A DNA stretch of 64,000 nt from Amphiscolops sp. MND2022 (GCA_964187785.1 OZ076411.1:71300001-71364000); one strand, 5' to 3'. Numbered from the stretch's first letter, positions 13,563 to 27,930 are shown. Made by a program: numbers and translations. The notes: generated by a model not told the origin, from the sequence alone.

Positions 13563-13990
13563 CAGGGGTGGGGAATATTGTATTTGAATATTATTTTTAT
13601 GATATAATAAATAAGTTTGTATTCTAAATCACTAAAAATAAATTATTGACTTATTTTTTCTGGAATATCTAGTGCCAAAAAATCATTTTGTCAAGATTTA
13701 ATTATCAGCAGGTCCATTAACAACAATGGAATTTACCAAATTTATGTCCCAAAACCGAGTTTTCTGATTTAAAAAAAACCTGATTTTCAAGATGCACAGG
13801 TTCAATTTTCTTGCTGCCATCATTGAACATGCAGTAAATTAACGTTAAAATATATGTAATAATTGCGTCCATGTGCATAATGATTGTTAAGATAGATTTA
13901 AATTTTTATGTTTTTGTTAAGGGAAAATAAATTATTTAATTTTATTTATTGTGAATTATTTATTGAAATATTATTTATTCCCAACCCTTG
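13563..13990. mobile_element. hAT-type MITE
   Basis: CAGGGGTGGGGAATA..TATTCCCAACCCTTG; 8-bp TSD AATGCAAT/CATGCAAT (7/8 match). Confidence 0.8.
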
Positions 13991-15029
13991 CATGCAATAT
14001 CTCGAAAATAGTTGATCGTAAGAAAAATTATTAAAACAAACTTAGTACCTTTGATTCAGATCTCTAACTTTGGACTTGACCACGTTTTCTGAAAGCGCCC
14101 TTTTTTGAATTTACATCGGAAAACCATCACGAAATGCTTATTCGTCAATTTTACTGTGTAAAAATATTAGTCCGACGGAATTGCAACTGTTTTGTTCTTC
14201 ACTCTTCAAGAATGCATTTTCTGAAAAATTGTTTGATATAAAAGTTAAAGATCGGTGTCAAGCTTACAAAACTGATGAAGGATGGATTTTCTTCACTTCT
14301 ACAGCTTTTCAGATAATGTGTGAAAAAGTTTGATAACTTGAAAAATTTCTGAAAATACAGTGTGATCCATTTGATATATCACTTCAAGTTTTCAATTCTC
14401 ATCAATACAAAAAACATCGTAATTCTGAGCGAACAAATGAGGAACTTTTGCTCCTGTGACTTTTTTTGGTCAAACGCATGTCCTCGGAAAAGCTGTGCTT
14501 ATAATGCTTTCGCCTGTGATATTAGCTGTCATTTGCTTTTTGGTATCAAAGTGTACTTTAGTTTTGTAGATATATATCTCAACTTCTTTTTGCACCCAAA
14601 ACTGATGTAGAACGCATGAAAAATGCGACTAATCGGAGAAACATTTGAGTTAACATATTAGTTTTGATTGTTATTATTCATTTTAATAAAACGCCAAACT
14701 TTGAATAGGTGGAACTTTCTTTTCTGTAGAAGGTTGGTTACACTTTCAAACTTGGCATGAAAATGTTTTTTTTTTTCGACCAGATTGGAAAAAATGCAAT
14801 GAGAAGCCACTGTAATAGTCACGTTTCATTTTGAAAAGCGCTGACTGAAAAACTGTTTGTACCAGCTGCAACCAAATCGACTACAGTGTCTTTTATGATA
14901 ATATTACTTAATGCCAAAGTACCGAGACACAGCAGCCGCTTCAAAAACCATGGTCTTTTCCAATTCAATTCTTGAATTGAATGATTAAGAGCAAAAATTG
15001 TTAGCTGATCAAACCTAGTTGAAATTACA

Positions 15030-15415
15030 GGAACTTTTTACATGCTGCAGGACTACATGAAGGGATTTTTTATGAAACCTAAAAAATTCAGCTAATTTCG
15101 GGTGGTGAATCATGTACAATTACACTGCATTTTCCACTGCAATTAAATTTGAAAATAAATTCTACATTACCGACACGATCAGTTTGTATTCATACTTTGT
15201 TTTCTCACCCTAGTCGAGACTGCTTGAACTTTTTACATGCTGCAGGCCTGCATGCAGGGGAATTTTTAATAAAACCTAGAAAATTCGGTAAGTAAATTCG
15301 GTGATAAATCTTGTAGAATTTACACTGCATTCTGCACTACTGCAATTAAGTTTGAAAATATTTCCCCCTCCTTTACGGATATGATCACGTTGTATTCACA
15401 CATTTATTTCCCAAC
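15030..15415. repeat. Diverged tandem duplication, two ~195-bp units
   Basis: GAACTTTTTACATGCTGCAGG..TACACTGCATT..ACTGCAATTAA.TTTGAAAATA occurs twice. Confidence 0.7.
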
Positions 15416-15428
15416 TACTCATCTAATT

Positions 15429-16260
15429 TAACACAGAGGCGAAGCCGTGCTTCGCAAACACTTGCGAACTTTTGAAGAAAACCAAATAAGCAATATCATA
15501 CGGAAAACCAAGGGTAAAGGGAGATAAAAATTTCATCAATTTTACAGTGCCAAAAAATACCCGAAGGGATACGCGTAAGCCTCGAAAACCATTCTTCCCC
15601 AACTGAAAACAGCAAAAAACCCATTCTTTCTCAACGGAAAACCTTAAACAGAAAATAGAAGAAAAAAATTTCAAAAATTTTCGAAAACATTTTTGATGGT
15701 CTCCGGTAAGTCGCAAAGCCTTGAGGAGTCCTCTCGCAAAACGTTTCGTTTCTTGTAAAAATTGAGCAGGGGCTTCGGTGAAAACAAATTTTAAAAAAGT
15801 CGCAAAGAAAAAAGATCGGTCTTTAAAAAAACGGTCTTTTAAAACTAAAAATTGAGAAAAAATTTTCCGAATTTTTCGAATTTTTTTGAAGTTTCTGCTA
15901 AGTCGCATAGTGCCGAAAAATGTGAAAAAGGGACCCTTTAGGATTTTATAACATTCGTTCTCTTGCAAAATATCAAAAAATTGAAAGGAAGACTCTTTGG
16001 GGACATTTATAAAATTTCGAAAAAATGTCTCACAAAGCCGAAAAGTCTGCTTCGGAATACTTGTAAAAAAAAATAGCGCATACCTACGGGTTCGAACACG
16101 AAACCTCTGGGTTGAAAAGCAAGCATCTTACCACTAGACCACGAACGCGTGAAACGTGCGAGTTGCCGCGTGAAAACAGAGAGTTGTCGCGCGGAAAAAA
16201 AAGCACCCGCACTTTCCCATAACACTTGCTTATCGCAAGTGCAATCACCGCTTCTCAAAT
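15429..16260 (+). mobile_element. Interspersed element related to family A, with GCGAAGC-CGT-GCTTCGC hairpin start and internal antisense tRNA-like cassette
   Basis: The hairpin start recurs at ~33844 and ~48026. Family-A core at 15900-16040; tRNA-like segment at 16088-16142 (minus). Confidence 0.55.
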
Positions 16261-16728
16261 AGGACGCTAAAGATGACGCTAGTTTGTTGTTTACATTGTG
16301 AATAAGTTAATTTGCATCAAAATGGCGGCAAGATTGTTGACACCGCAGCTGCAATCAAAATTAGAACTGATGCATAATAGAACTTGCAGAACTTCACGGC
16401 TTGAAATTGCCGCCAAAACTATGATGAATCTTTCAAGCAGCTTGATAAAAGTTGATGTCAACAGGGAAATATCAACGCATTAAAGTTTCCGCAATAGATT
16501 TAGAAAATCACTGAAAAAGTTGCTGCCAACTTTAAAGAACATATAAAAAGTTTAAGCAAGTTCAACAAGGGCAACTACTCTTCTGATGTGATCACCGCTT
16601 CTCAAATAGCACGCTGAACAGAGACTATTCATTGAGTCGAAATTAAACAAAAGTAATCAGAGCGTCGAAATCAAAATTACCTGTTCGTCGCGTCGAAAAA
16701 CTCTAAATCAGCGATTATTTTCAAGTTA

Positions 16729-16892
16729 TTATTTGAAGAGGTTAGTATATTTCTTGTATGGCTCGGTGGTCGCTTCGCTCCCTTCGCCAAGTAGCAACAT
16801 TGAGGCATGGCCATATGGCACGTCGCTCCGCTTCGCTTCGCTCCTTCATTTAGAGCACTAGGAGTATGTTAACATAGCTAATTACGTTATCG
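16729..16892. repeat. Interspersed repeat family B, copy 2
   Basis: Homologous to 1071-1230. Confidence 0.7.
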
Positions 16893-17369
16893 TAATTTGT
16901 TCGCCGCTGTGTGGACACAAATTCAAACAATTTATTTCTTTCATATTTCAATTTTCAACCAATAAGAAGCGTTTGATAACATTTTCGGCGCGATGAATAG
17001 CTTTGTAAAAATTCGAGGTTTTGATTATTCGACGCTTTGGGAATCCGCCACGCTGAACATGACGCTAATTTGCAGTTTATTACGTGACTTTATGACGTTA
17101 GTCGTTTCGCATTAAATTTGCGGTAAAATTGATAGCATTTTATTTGCTTTTAAAATTATGGCTGCTGCTCAATGAAACCTGCTAAACTTGAAGGCTTAAA
17201 ATTGGCGCCAAAACTTTGATGAATCTTTCAAGCACCTTGATAAAAGTTAAATACAACAGGGAAATATTTTCTCATGAAATTTTCCGTAAGAGTTTTACAA
17301 AATCATAATAAAAGTTGCTGGCATTATTAAAGTACATGAAAAAAGTTAAAGCAGTTCCAACTAAGGAAA

Positions 17370-20220
17370 CTTTTATAGGAACTGATTTCGTATCTTTTGC
17401 GGGAATCTGATTAGTTTCAGCTGCATTCTTCTGGACAGAACAGCTGCGAAACTTTTGTCATCATCAGTCTGCTTGTTTTCACTGATTGCGACTGATTGTT
17501 CACACTCAGACTCCATTATATCTATTTTGTTGCAAACTGGGCAAAAACTGGAGATAAATTTTGGAAGGACGAGTCCAATAAAAGATCTAGTTTTCTTAAT
17601 CAAAGTGTTAAGATGTTCTTCAACCAGCTACAATGCAATACGTACTGCTGATGCGTTGTGTTGACAAAACCCAACAATTACTGGAATGATTATTAAAGTA
17701 ATTGTATGTCAAATATGCTTTTATATCACAAACTATGAAAAGTGCAGATTTCATGTTTTTCGGCAACACAAACATTGAAAAATTCTCTGGAGTTTGAAAA
17801 CAGTGTATCTGGGTACATGCTTATCATCCGAATAAGATTGGTCAGAAATTTCCGAGCATGAATCGAAGTTGCAATTAATTTCAAACAGTCGCGGCATGTT
17901 CTGATAACAATTTTTATACGTTTGAATCGTGGGACTAGCTCTTCGAAGTTTTGTTAGCGCAAGAATAGTTATCAAATAGAAGCAGGTCATCCAAAGACGT
18001 TGGAAGTGTTTTTCTGGCATTCAATTTTGCTAGACTGCACCTTAAAATCCACTGTTTGGATCTAGATGGTTTAAACCAAGTCGGATAGCAGAAGAACAAA
18101 ACTTCTCAACGTCTGGTAGGTCCCTAAGCTCGAAACCGGTAAATTCAGCGCCGCTGTTTTGCGCTCCACAGTTTTACAATTAAAGAAGTTTTTGCATTAG
18201 CTTCTTCTAAAATGCTGCAACTCCACGGATTAAGATGGAGATGGTTTTGAGTATTTTTATTATAGAATCCGTTATAAACAAACGTCCTCGTTTTTCAAAC
18301 AGTGTGATTAAAATAAGACAATACAATGTACTCAGTTCCTGCTGGCAGGAGCCATAAGTGTCTCAAGTGACTTTTTGTCAAGCAGGGGAAAGCCATTGGC
18401 GCTGTCTCGAAAATTTGTGATACTTTCGAAAACAGTCAGCGTTGAAATGCGTTGTTGCAACATTTTGAAAAGTTCAAATCTTTCCCATTGTTTTTGGTTT
18501 GGTAGAATTGTTGCATTGTCACTGGGGAGGAAATTTCGATAATCACAAGTTTTGTTGTTTGAGAAAATGTTTTATGATTTATCATTTATCTTGCCCAACA
18601 TCGTTATCTTTACAGAAACTTGGTCGTTTATAAAGACAAGTGTTTTGCAATTACAAACAACATTTTTGTTCCTTCAAAGAAAAGTTTCATTTGTATGGAG
18701 GAGCAACAAAACTTTATGATGTCCTTAATGGGTCCTTTCCTTCGAACAAGGTCTAAAAGCTTTATCGTTATCGAAATGGGTGTCGTTCATTTGTGAGTTC
18801 ATGTTGACCATTTTTTTTGCATCTGCAGCTTATGCATCGTTAAGTACAAATCCGTCAGTAATATTTCGAGCTTTTCTTTTTTGAACAGTTCCAGTATTCA
18901 ATGCCCGGTGTTTTGAGCACTTCTTTGTTGATAGTTACATTGGCCATGTTGCATATTCTTTTTGTTGTGCGTTTTTTCATGCGGATTCCAGTGAAACTGG
19001 TTCGAAACTTGCTGCAAACTCAATCGGTGGTCGCAGTTAGATGTGTTGCTCCTCGGTGGAAAAGAAGTTGCCTCCTTCCTAGACACTCAAACCCCTATTG
19101 AGTGCGTGTTTGTAACAACTATCTAAACAATTGCCTAAAGTTTAATGAAACTACTGAACATCAGGCAAAACAGTATTGCAAGAGAGATGAACAAAACAAG
19201 TAACTGCGTCAAACTTTAAGGTGACGGTATCGAATTTAAAGTGACGGTATTAGGTTAAAACATTCCTTAATGATCTCTTCAGGTATTGCCTTCTAGTGTC
19301 AGATTGATCAATGTTTTTGAAAATGATCTTCGAACTAGATCTTCGATCTTGATTTTGAAGATTTTACTAGAATAGAACAGAGGTTTCACCATATATGACA
19401 GGAGCCTTTGGCGATTGGCTCATTGCTGTTTGGGTTCTCTTTCCATCGTCAGTTCATATTTCAAATTATTCCAGATTTTGTGCAATTTCGCTTTAAAAAC
19501 GTTAAAGGTTCCATTAATCATTGAGCTATAAGAAGCGTGCCGACTTCACCTGTTCCTGGCTTCTTTTGAGTAATAAAAATACTTTCTTCTCGTCTGAATT
19601 TTCCGTTTCTGATTTTCAGGGATTCTTGGACAATGTGTCTTTTTTTGTCCCAGATTTCAACCTTTTGCGTTTGGTATCGTCCAAGTTTTTGGAGAATTAA
19701 CTTTTTGAGTAGCACAAGAGCTGAAGTGCATCCAAGGACGCCAAAGAGCTCCTTTGTTTGATTTCTTTAGGTTAAAACATTGACCGAAATCCAATGGTTC
19801 CTCCTTCTTTGAGTGTGTATTGGCACTTTTTTTGACAACTTTCACTCACTAAAAAACGTTTTCAATTTCTGATATTTTTAGTTTGAAAACAATGCGCGTT
19901 CATCCTGCACACAGGGCCCTTTGCATAACATTAGCCTTGTATTTCTATGACAAAAATCTTTTCACTATAGAATTTTATCATCGTTTTTTTATCAGGTTAA
20001 ATTAAAACCTAATAACTTTCAGTCCGAAGGTTCTCTTTTTGGTCTTTTAAGTCCCAGTAGCAATTCGTATCGAAATAGTGTTCTTTTGTATGCGTTAGTT
20101 TTCTGTTTTCCATTTTTTCAGAAAAACAACTACACTGTAGAAAACTTGCTGATCTAGCTCTATTGTTTAAATAACTGCGATCGGCGGGCTTATTTGAGTA
20201 GGACATTTATTTGAGTCGCG
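17370..20220 (-). mobile_element. Highly degenerate Ty3/Gypsy-like remnant
   Basis: Broken motifs on the minus strand: LDDLLL (RT-like, ~17990), TRSFIGLV (RT/RNase H connection), NAS.. (RNase H-like), and a gag-like N-terminus MSYSNKP.. at 20206. Limits are approximate. Confidence 0.45.
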
Positions 20221-20953
20221 ACACTCTCGACGAGGGGAGTCAACAACTAGGAGTTCCAGAAGATTTTTTATATATACCGGTTGGCCAGCAGGCCGCAGCG
20301 GGCAGTAATCGTTTCCAGTTATTCAACGGATTTTCCGAGTAGAGCTCAGCCTGTCTCTATCAGGGCCTGGCTCTTGTTTGGTAAAAGGACGCCGCACAAC
20401 AATCAATTATTTTTTTGGATGAAGAACACTACTTTTCACTAAGTAGTGGCAAAATTCAGCAAACACTTTTTCAAATAAATACAGTTTCTCTATATTCAAA
20501 TATAGTTTCATTAACAATACAGTGCTTCCAAATAAAAACGGGTGGATGATACTGACAGCAACTAATCGATTACAGTTTTAAACAAAAGCAGAACGTTTCC
20601 AAATAAATACGGGTTCGTACTATATACACCCGGTTAATCGAATGCACAGTTTCAATTGAATGGGGTTTCGTTCAACGTGTTTCTCAAGTGAACAAGTTAT
20701 TAAAGTTGTAGATACAATTTTCTATACGAGGGGGTTTTCTATATCAATGTTTTTTCATTATTTTCTTTTTTTCTTAGCACACAACTGTTCTCTACACGGT
20801 TTATTTTTCTCTTTCTCTTTTCCGAGCAGTTCTCGTTTCTTACCTTATTACGTCCAGGGGCGTCGTTGTTTTAGGATAAAGAATCGATAAAGAACACTTC
20901 TTGGCGTTTGTTTTGTTCTTTACTTCAGACTTTTCTCGCCTACTCTTCACTGA

Positions 20954-21646
20954 ATGACTTATATCGAGGATCAGTTGCGAAGTTTACATGAAAGAGAGAG
21001 CCACCCCCTGCAAATTGTCTCTACCTCCGTGCCCGTGATGTTTTTAGTGTGCCTCATTTGAGACTTGCATGCGCAGGCATAGTAGCCAATTGCTCATTTT
21101 GCGTATTGACTCCCGTATTCCCCTTCGACGAAGTGGTCCCACGGTCCATTGTTCCAAAAAGAAGAGAAAGTTTTTATGCAAAAAGATCGGCAATAAATGG
21201 ATGAAGCAATTTGAAACAAGCAATCACGTTAAATTGTTTCTTCTAAATTCAAAACGAAAATAGTTAACTTCCCAAATCCTTTTAATTGCGTCTGCACTAC
21301 TTTGAGCGTTAATCTGACCGGGAGTATTAAAGCTTCGGTGGCCATTCAGGACTGTGTGCGGAAGATTAGAAAAGGCCGCTCCGCCTACGAGTACATAGAA
21401 TTTGCAGACGCGCTTCCCACTGACGATCCTGGTGACACTTATTTTATCTCACGGACCGACACACGAGTTATCGCTCGCGAGCTTGGAGTCACGATTTGGG
21501 AATACTTTGAGCAGTCAGCCGAGTGGATTGTGTACCGCGGATGTCATAAGCGGTCTACACACGAGAGTATTTATTTAGCTTGTAGATATCTGGAATCACG
21601 AGGGGAATGTCATTGTATGACGGTCAGGGGATTGAAAGAAAAGTAA
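20954..21646 (+). pseudogene. Frameshifted ORF of unknown family (~230 aa if frames are joined)
   Basis: GC-elevated island with consecutive open segments MTYIEDQLRSLHERE / PANCLYLRARDVFSVPHLRLAC.. / SVAIQDCVRKIRKG..CRYLESRGECHCMTVRG. Confidence 0.4.
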
Positions 21647-23381
21647 GTATAGGTTGCCAATCGTTAGTATGTTCCTTTTATTAATTTTGAGTCGTCTTGA
21701 GTGAGTATGCTGTTTTCGTATTCATCTATAAATCAATGTTTTCACTCAGTGGTCGTCACGTGCTTTATGCAAATACTCGGCTACACTTGTAATAAAACAG
21801 TATAAAGCCGCTGCCGGGACGCGCGCGGAGAAAAGGAATACAATGCTCCCTAAATTTGATGCCTGTAGAACTTTTCTACATACACCGTTTTCTGTGATTA
21901 CACCAATAAAAATGCCTTACATCCGGATTATTACCGTTGTTTTCGGAAAATTGTGGATCTCGTTAATGCGAAGGCAAGCGAAGCCTTTTTTCAAACTGCC
22001 ATGGAAATCTATATGCATAAATGAATGAACTAGTTTTCATTACAGTAGAGACTTGGTCAGTTTAAAATATTCCGACACTGTTTTATCAAACAATTGAGGG
22101 TGTGAAATGCCTGATTTTTTTTCCAAGAAACCGTTATCAGCAGAAGGTACGGAAAACATCATAAAGCCGCTGCGCCTCTTGTTTCAAACTAACTTGAAGC
22201 AAATGGTATAACTGGTAATTGTGAAAAAAAACCCAGATCACAGGTAAACGTTGAATTTAACCAATATAATAAAATTAATTCAATTAAATCTTCTCTTTCT
22301 TTCAATTATTATTTGCACTCTTTAGATCGAGAGTTTCTCAATAGAAGCAAAGCTTTCTGAAAATTGCGCTCCCATGTAGATGAAAAGTTTGTGAATGGAT
22401 CAGCGATTCAAATAATTAACAAGCGTTGATCACTAGTAGTAAACAACAACTATAAACAACACTGATCGTTGTAGAAAAGGCAAGCTTTCACTCAAAGAAG
22501 GACAATGATGAACATTAGCATTTTTTTACAAAAGCAAAATGCCGTGAAAACGACGCCATTGCTGTGATAATTGCATGAGATTAAAAGAAGCTGAGAATTC
22601 TTAGTGGCAATTTGAGGAATCATTCCCATTCTGTGTTGAAAAATGTGTTGCTGATGGTATCATTCCGTAACAAATTGAGGACACTTTGACTGAAGGCGGT
22701 AGACGGTAATCATTATTCACACATTCCATGTTTCTCAGATCAACATTGAATAGGAAACAGTTGAAATAATCCAAATTGTTTCCTTTTTCCAAATAACCTC
22801 AGGAAAATCAAAAAGTTGTGACGTAATAAATTAAATGCAAAACTGTTCTCTAGTTCTCAAATGTTACTATCTTGCGTTTGGATTTGCGATTTTCAGCTAA
22901 TTAAAGTGTTTATTTTATATTCTCAAGATTTCAAAAGTGTCGTTTCTGGCCAAGTCAGTCAGTTTTTTACATGCAGCAATAATGTGTGCAGGCTAACTTT
23001 TTGAAAAAAAAACAGAAAATTAAGGGACTTTTGAATAGAAATTTTTCGCAAGGCTTCCTGCAGCGTGGAAAATTTATAAGTATATAAGTAGAAAGTCGTC
23101 AGATGAAAGAGAATCAGCAACAAGCTAAAATAATTGATAGTCATGAGGCTTTCTAAGATTTTCAACCATCATCTCAGCTTTTATACATTTTTTCATCGAT
23201 TTCAAGGATAATCATAGATGGCTTTTAGCCACGGCTAGGCATGCATGACTCATGTCAAGATTTAATGTCAAAACTACTTTTGTGTTTTATAAGCTGTTTT
23301 ATAAATTTAGAATGTTCAAAACTGCAAGAAATCTTCGCATGATGGAAGTACGTTGTTGAATACTTTGCTAAATCAAATATG

Positions 23382-23611
23382 AACAAAACGGGAACGTCTG
23401 AAGTCGGCGCTATATATAAGGCTCAAAAAGCTCAGTTTTTTAAATATGCGTAGGACATTTTATAAAAAACTCATGTTCCCATAAACCAAAAAAAGTCTGT
23501 ACTAAAAAATGGTACATATAGGGTGAGGTCTGTGAACTGACGAAAAAAATACATAAAAACTTGCCCCTGTAATAGTCGGGCAATTTTCACTAGAAAAGCA
23601 TCGAATAAAAA
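23382..23611 (+). mobile_element. Interspersed repeat family A, short copy
   Basis: AACAAAACGGGAACGTCTGAAGTCGGCGCTATA..CTGTAATAGTCGGGC. Confidence 0.65.
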
Positions 23612-23789
23612 GGCAAAAAATACAGGATCATTGATACAATTCCAAATTTATTAGATACGAAGAAAAAATTTTAATCCTTGTTTGCTGAAAGCAACTACCA
23701 TTTTAGTGGCAGCGATTTGTAGACGCGTTTGAGATGGGACTTTTGCGTCTTTGCCTACTTGAGATTTGAAAGTGATAATAATATCAAGG

Positions 23790-25760
23790 TTTCTTTCGTA
23801 ATGGGAAAGACACGAGTAGAACCGATTAAAACTACTTTAATTCCAAGTTGGAACTCCAAGAAGCCCTTCATGCGTCAGGAGTAAAAGTGTCAATACTCGA
23901 AGAACACGATATCACCATCGATCGAGTTTATATGTGGAGTGATTCGACAACAGTTATACAATGGCTGAATGCATTCGACAAAATGCAGAATGCAGATATT
24001 CGTTACAAATCGCATAGGAAAAATTTAGGAAAACCCAAAGCTGGACTAATGGAATCACGTCCCCGGTGCACAAAATCCAGCAGATCTCGTGACGCGAGGG
24101 ATGAGAGCCAATGAAAGAGCGTCCAGTGTGCGGTTAAACGGGCCGCGTGGCTCAGAGAAAATAAAACTCAATGGCCAAAAGCTACCATCCAGCGCACTAT
24201 TGTTGAAGACTGATTATAAATAACCCATGTGGTTGGTCTATTGCCAAACAAGCCATTTGAGATACAATGGCATCGGTTTGGTACTTGGAGTTAGTTAGTT
24301 CACACCATTTGGTGCAAACTTCGCTGGAAAAGCCTCAATCAATTAAAAGGACCAATTTCATTGGACGAGTACCAGAAAGCAGAACGAAAGATATTCAGGT
24401 TGGTTCAAAAGGAGGCGTTTCTGACAGAATTTGTAGCTTTGACGGAAAAGAAAGAATTGTCATCGAAATCAAAGATTGCTCAATTTTGCCCATTTATTGA
24501 TGACAATGGTATCATAAGAGCTGGTGGACAATTATCCCAAGCAGATATTGAGTTGGATACCAAACATCTAATTCCTCTACCATCCGAACATCCTACAATG
24601 CAGTAGTTGATGATGCTGAAATGTCATTTGGACAACTACCATCAAAGTGTTGAGAGTATGCGACATGTGGTACAGCAAAAGTTCTGGATATTTAGCCTCA
24701 GAAATGCATTGCGCAGGATGTAAAGTCGCTGTGTTCCATGCACGAAAAACAGTGCGAATATGCAAGCTTCACTTATGGCCAATTTACCACGCGAAAAGTA
24801 GAGTAAGTGGCTTTCCCTATTACCTTGGTTGGAGTTGATTATTACGGACCATTAGAGGTAAAATACATGAGAAAAACTATGAAAAGGTGGGCTTGTGTTT
24901 TCACATGCTTGTCCACCAGACCTATTTATCTCGAAATAGTTTATCCCTTTATTCCCTAGATACAGATTCTTGACTGAGTGCAATGACACAATTTATTGCC
25001 AGACGAGGTCACCCATGGACAAATTGGAGCAACAATGGGACAAATTTTGTTGGTGCGAACAACGAGCTGAAGCAGCTTGCATCACTGTGGCAAACTAGTG
25101 ACTTCCAGGACAACCTTCTTCAAAAGAAGATTGTTTGGAAGCTCAACCCTGCCGCAGTGCAACATTCTGGTGGAACTTGGGTGCTGGATGGTGAAGACTT
25201 GCAAACAAGCCTTCAACATTGTCCTAAATGGACAACGCCTTACAGATGAGCTCCTTATTACTATTCGTACCGTTACGGATTAACTGTTAATTGCACGCCC
25301 TCTCACGCCTTTTTCTAATGATCCGACGGACTTGGTAGCACTCACGCCGAACCAGTTTCTTTTTGGCCGACCGAGTATCGCTATTCTTGTTTGCCAGTTG
25401 CACAGAAGTATCAAAACCACAGAAAAAAATGGCTCAGGCTCACATGGACAACATCTGGCCGAGATGATTGAAAGAATACCTTCCGGTGCACAATCTCAGC
25501 CGAAAATGGTACAAAGAACTTCCCCAATCGAAAGAAAACGATCTGCTGTGGATGAGGGACGATTGGGAAAAACGGATTTTTACCGCCTTGGAAGGGTGAA
25601 AAGTGCAATTTCGGGAACGATGGTAAAATCCAATCGTATGACATCTAGACTCAGTCAGGAGTTGTTTCTCGGCCCACCGTCAAGTTTTCCCGTGTATTTG
25701 ATAGCATTTGGTGTGTTCCTCCCCAAGCGAAACACGGTGCTGGCAATGAAAATGCCTGAA
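23790..25760 (+). mobile_element. Degenerate BEL/Pao pol remnant (RNase H to integrase)
   Basis: VYMWSDSTTVIQWL, PFID..GIIRAGG.L, PLPSEHP, FIARRGHP, S.NGTNFVGA..EL, LTPNQFLFGR in shifting frames. Confidence 0.9.
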
Positions 25761-27409
25761 AGCCCGCACAGTAAAAAGACCTCGAATTGGGTGATTTTGA
25801 AGAGCTGTAACTCGGACACAAATGAAAGAATGAACGTCAATTTGAGTGTTTCTCACCATATCTCATCCAAATCACCGGTTTAGCACAAAAAAAACAGGAA
25901 GTCGAAGAGATCTTTTTCAAAATTACGTTTTCTGGGGCATTTTTGGGATTTTTGAGTATTACACCACTTTTGAGCTATTCATTTCCTCCCATTTCCTGTT
26001 TAGCCCATATTAGCAATCATATTTGTTAGTTGTTAACGTGTTGTAGAAATGTATTTGAGTATTTCTAGTCATTATTAGCTAATAAAGATAGGCAGAAAGT
26101 GCCCAGCATAGCCTATTTACTGAGCACGGAAGTGTGATTACTTGTAGTAAATCAACGAATCTTCACTCATAACTTCATATTTATACATAATATTTTGCTT
26201 GTCTTTTGTTTACTCTATCCAGTTGTATATCTGAGATGTTGTATAACCATATTAGAACAAACAATAGACTTGTTTGAATCGAATTGAGAGTGTTTTGGAA
26301 GTTACAAATTCTTCAGTTTTCAACAAGGCTTAGTAAAGATTTCGGGGATTTTGCTAAATTTCGTAAGTATTATTATTGCCAGGGACAGGACGCTTCAATT
26401 TGAAGAATCAACCTTTGCTCGTTCATTTGGTTAGAAGGTACCCGCCTCACTTTCATAACTGATTTCGTTTTGGAATAAGTAAAGTGGACGCTCTTTTTTG
26501 GCACTATGGAACTTCTTCCGAACACAATTTCAACAGTGTTTCAAAATTTGGGTTTTTTATCCCTCCAGGTATTTTTGGTATTGTATATTTAATGAGTTTA
26601 CCAATTATGTTTCTTTGTATATGTATAAACAAATAAAATCTTCGCTCTATTTGAAACTTGAGCGGGGCAACGACTCTGGCTGATCCCGGCTTGTTACATA
26701 TAAACTGCTTATTTGTCTAACAAAAGTCTACTAAAACAATGACAGTTTAGTATGAGTAAAATAATGAGTCAAAATATGGACTTTCTGTTTTCGGGAAACT
26801 TTGAAGCTTTTTGAAGCAACAAGCCGAGAACGACCTAAATCTGCGCCCCGCTCAAGTTAAAAAAAACTAAAGTATTTAATATGGCGAGGGACAGTATTGT
26901 GAAATCTTTTTATCGAATTTACTGCACAAAAATACCTGAAGAGATACCCATGTCTCGAAAATCGCTTTACATTAGTTCGAACATCAAAAACCTCATTTTT
27001 TGAAATAAAGGTCGAGTTTTTACTTTCCGGAAAAGGTCTCGTAATGCCTAAGACCCCAAAATGAGCCAACAAATTTTTAGAAAGCGAAGGGATAGGTACT
27101 TTGATCAAATAAAATTTCTGGAAAAAGTCAGACAGTGTCGAAAAAAAGGTAGCTCTTTTCCACCGGTTTTGAGAAAACTCATCAGTCCCACGGACAGAAA
27201 AATAACCAAAAATGAGACCTTTAAGACTCGAGAAACAGTTTTCTTTGACAGATAACCTAAAATCCAAAAACTTTAAGAAGAATTTTGAAATTTTAATGAC
27301 TTTGAATAAAAAAAACACTGTATTGATCTTGTTATTAAACTCATGGAAGATTCAGTAATAAAGTAGTGTACAAATACAATTTTATAATATTGAGATTGAA
27401 ATTATAAAG

Positions 27410-27930
27410 AAACACATTCATCTGAATTGATAATCCCTCCAACAAGTTTTACCATAATCGGGTGTATCTACTTCCCTTTCAAGTTGCTTGATGAAAAAAG
27501 CTTTGGTATTAATCTTTATAGTTGTATATGAGTAGGACTTAGTTTCCAAGTTTTTCGGCAAGGTGTTCCATAGAGGGACGGTTTTCTTAAAAAAGCTATT
27601 TCTCATGAAAGTACTCTCACTGCCTAGTATATACAAGTATAATTGTTCTTTCAAGAAATCTGATTTGAGCAGTTGATGGTTAATTTTCACCGATAGGAGC
27701 CGGGATCATATTATTTTTCCATTTCCAAAAAAAAGTACCGATTTCATGTTGAGCAAATATTGTACCGGTAAGATTTTATACTGTAATTTCAGATCTGAGG
27801 AATGATCGTATTTAGTGCAAAAAAACATGCTTTAATAGCCCAGTTAAGCTGTTTCTCTAGCGTGGTCATTAGATTCTAAGAAATTCCGGCCAATAAAATA
27901 ACCGAGTACTGTAGACAAGCTGCATTGGTG
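27410..27930 (-). mobile_element. LINE (CR1/L2-like) RT C-terminal remnant
   Basis: TLEKQLNWAIKACF.., KILPVQYLLNMKS and RNSFFKKTVPLWNTLP, the last being a typical 3' LINE motif. Confidence 0.7.

Noticed and set aside
22601-22792. Polinton capsid fragment
   Set aside because: Only a trivial NCH resemblance; no extended motif match.
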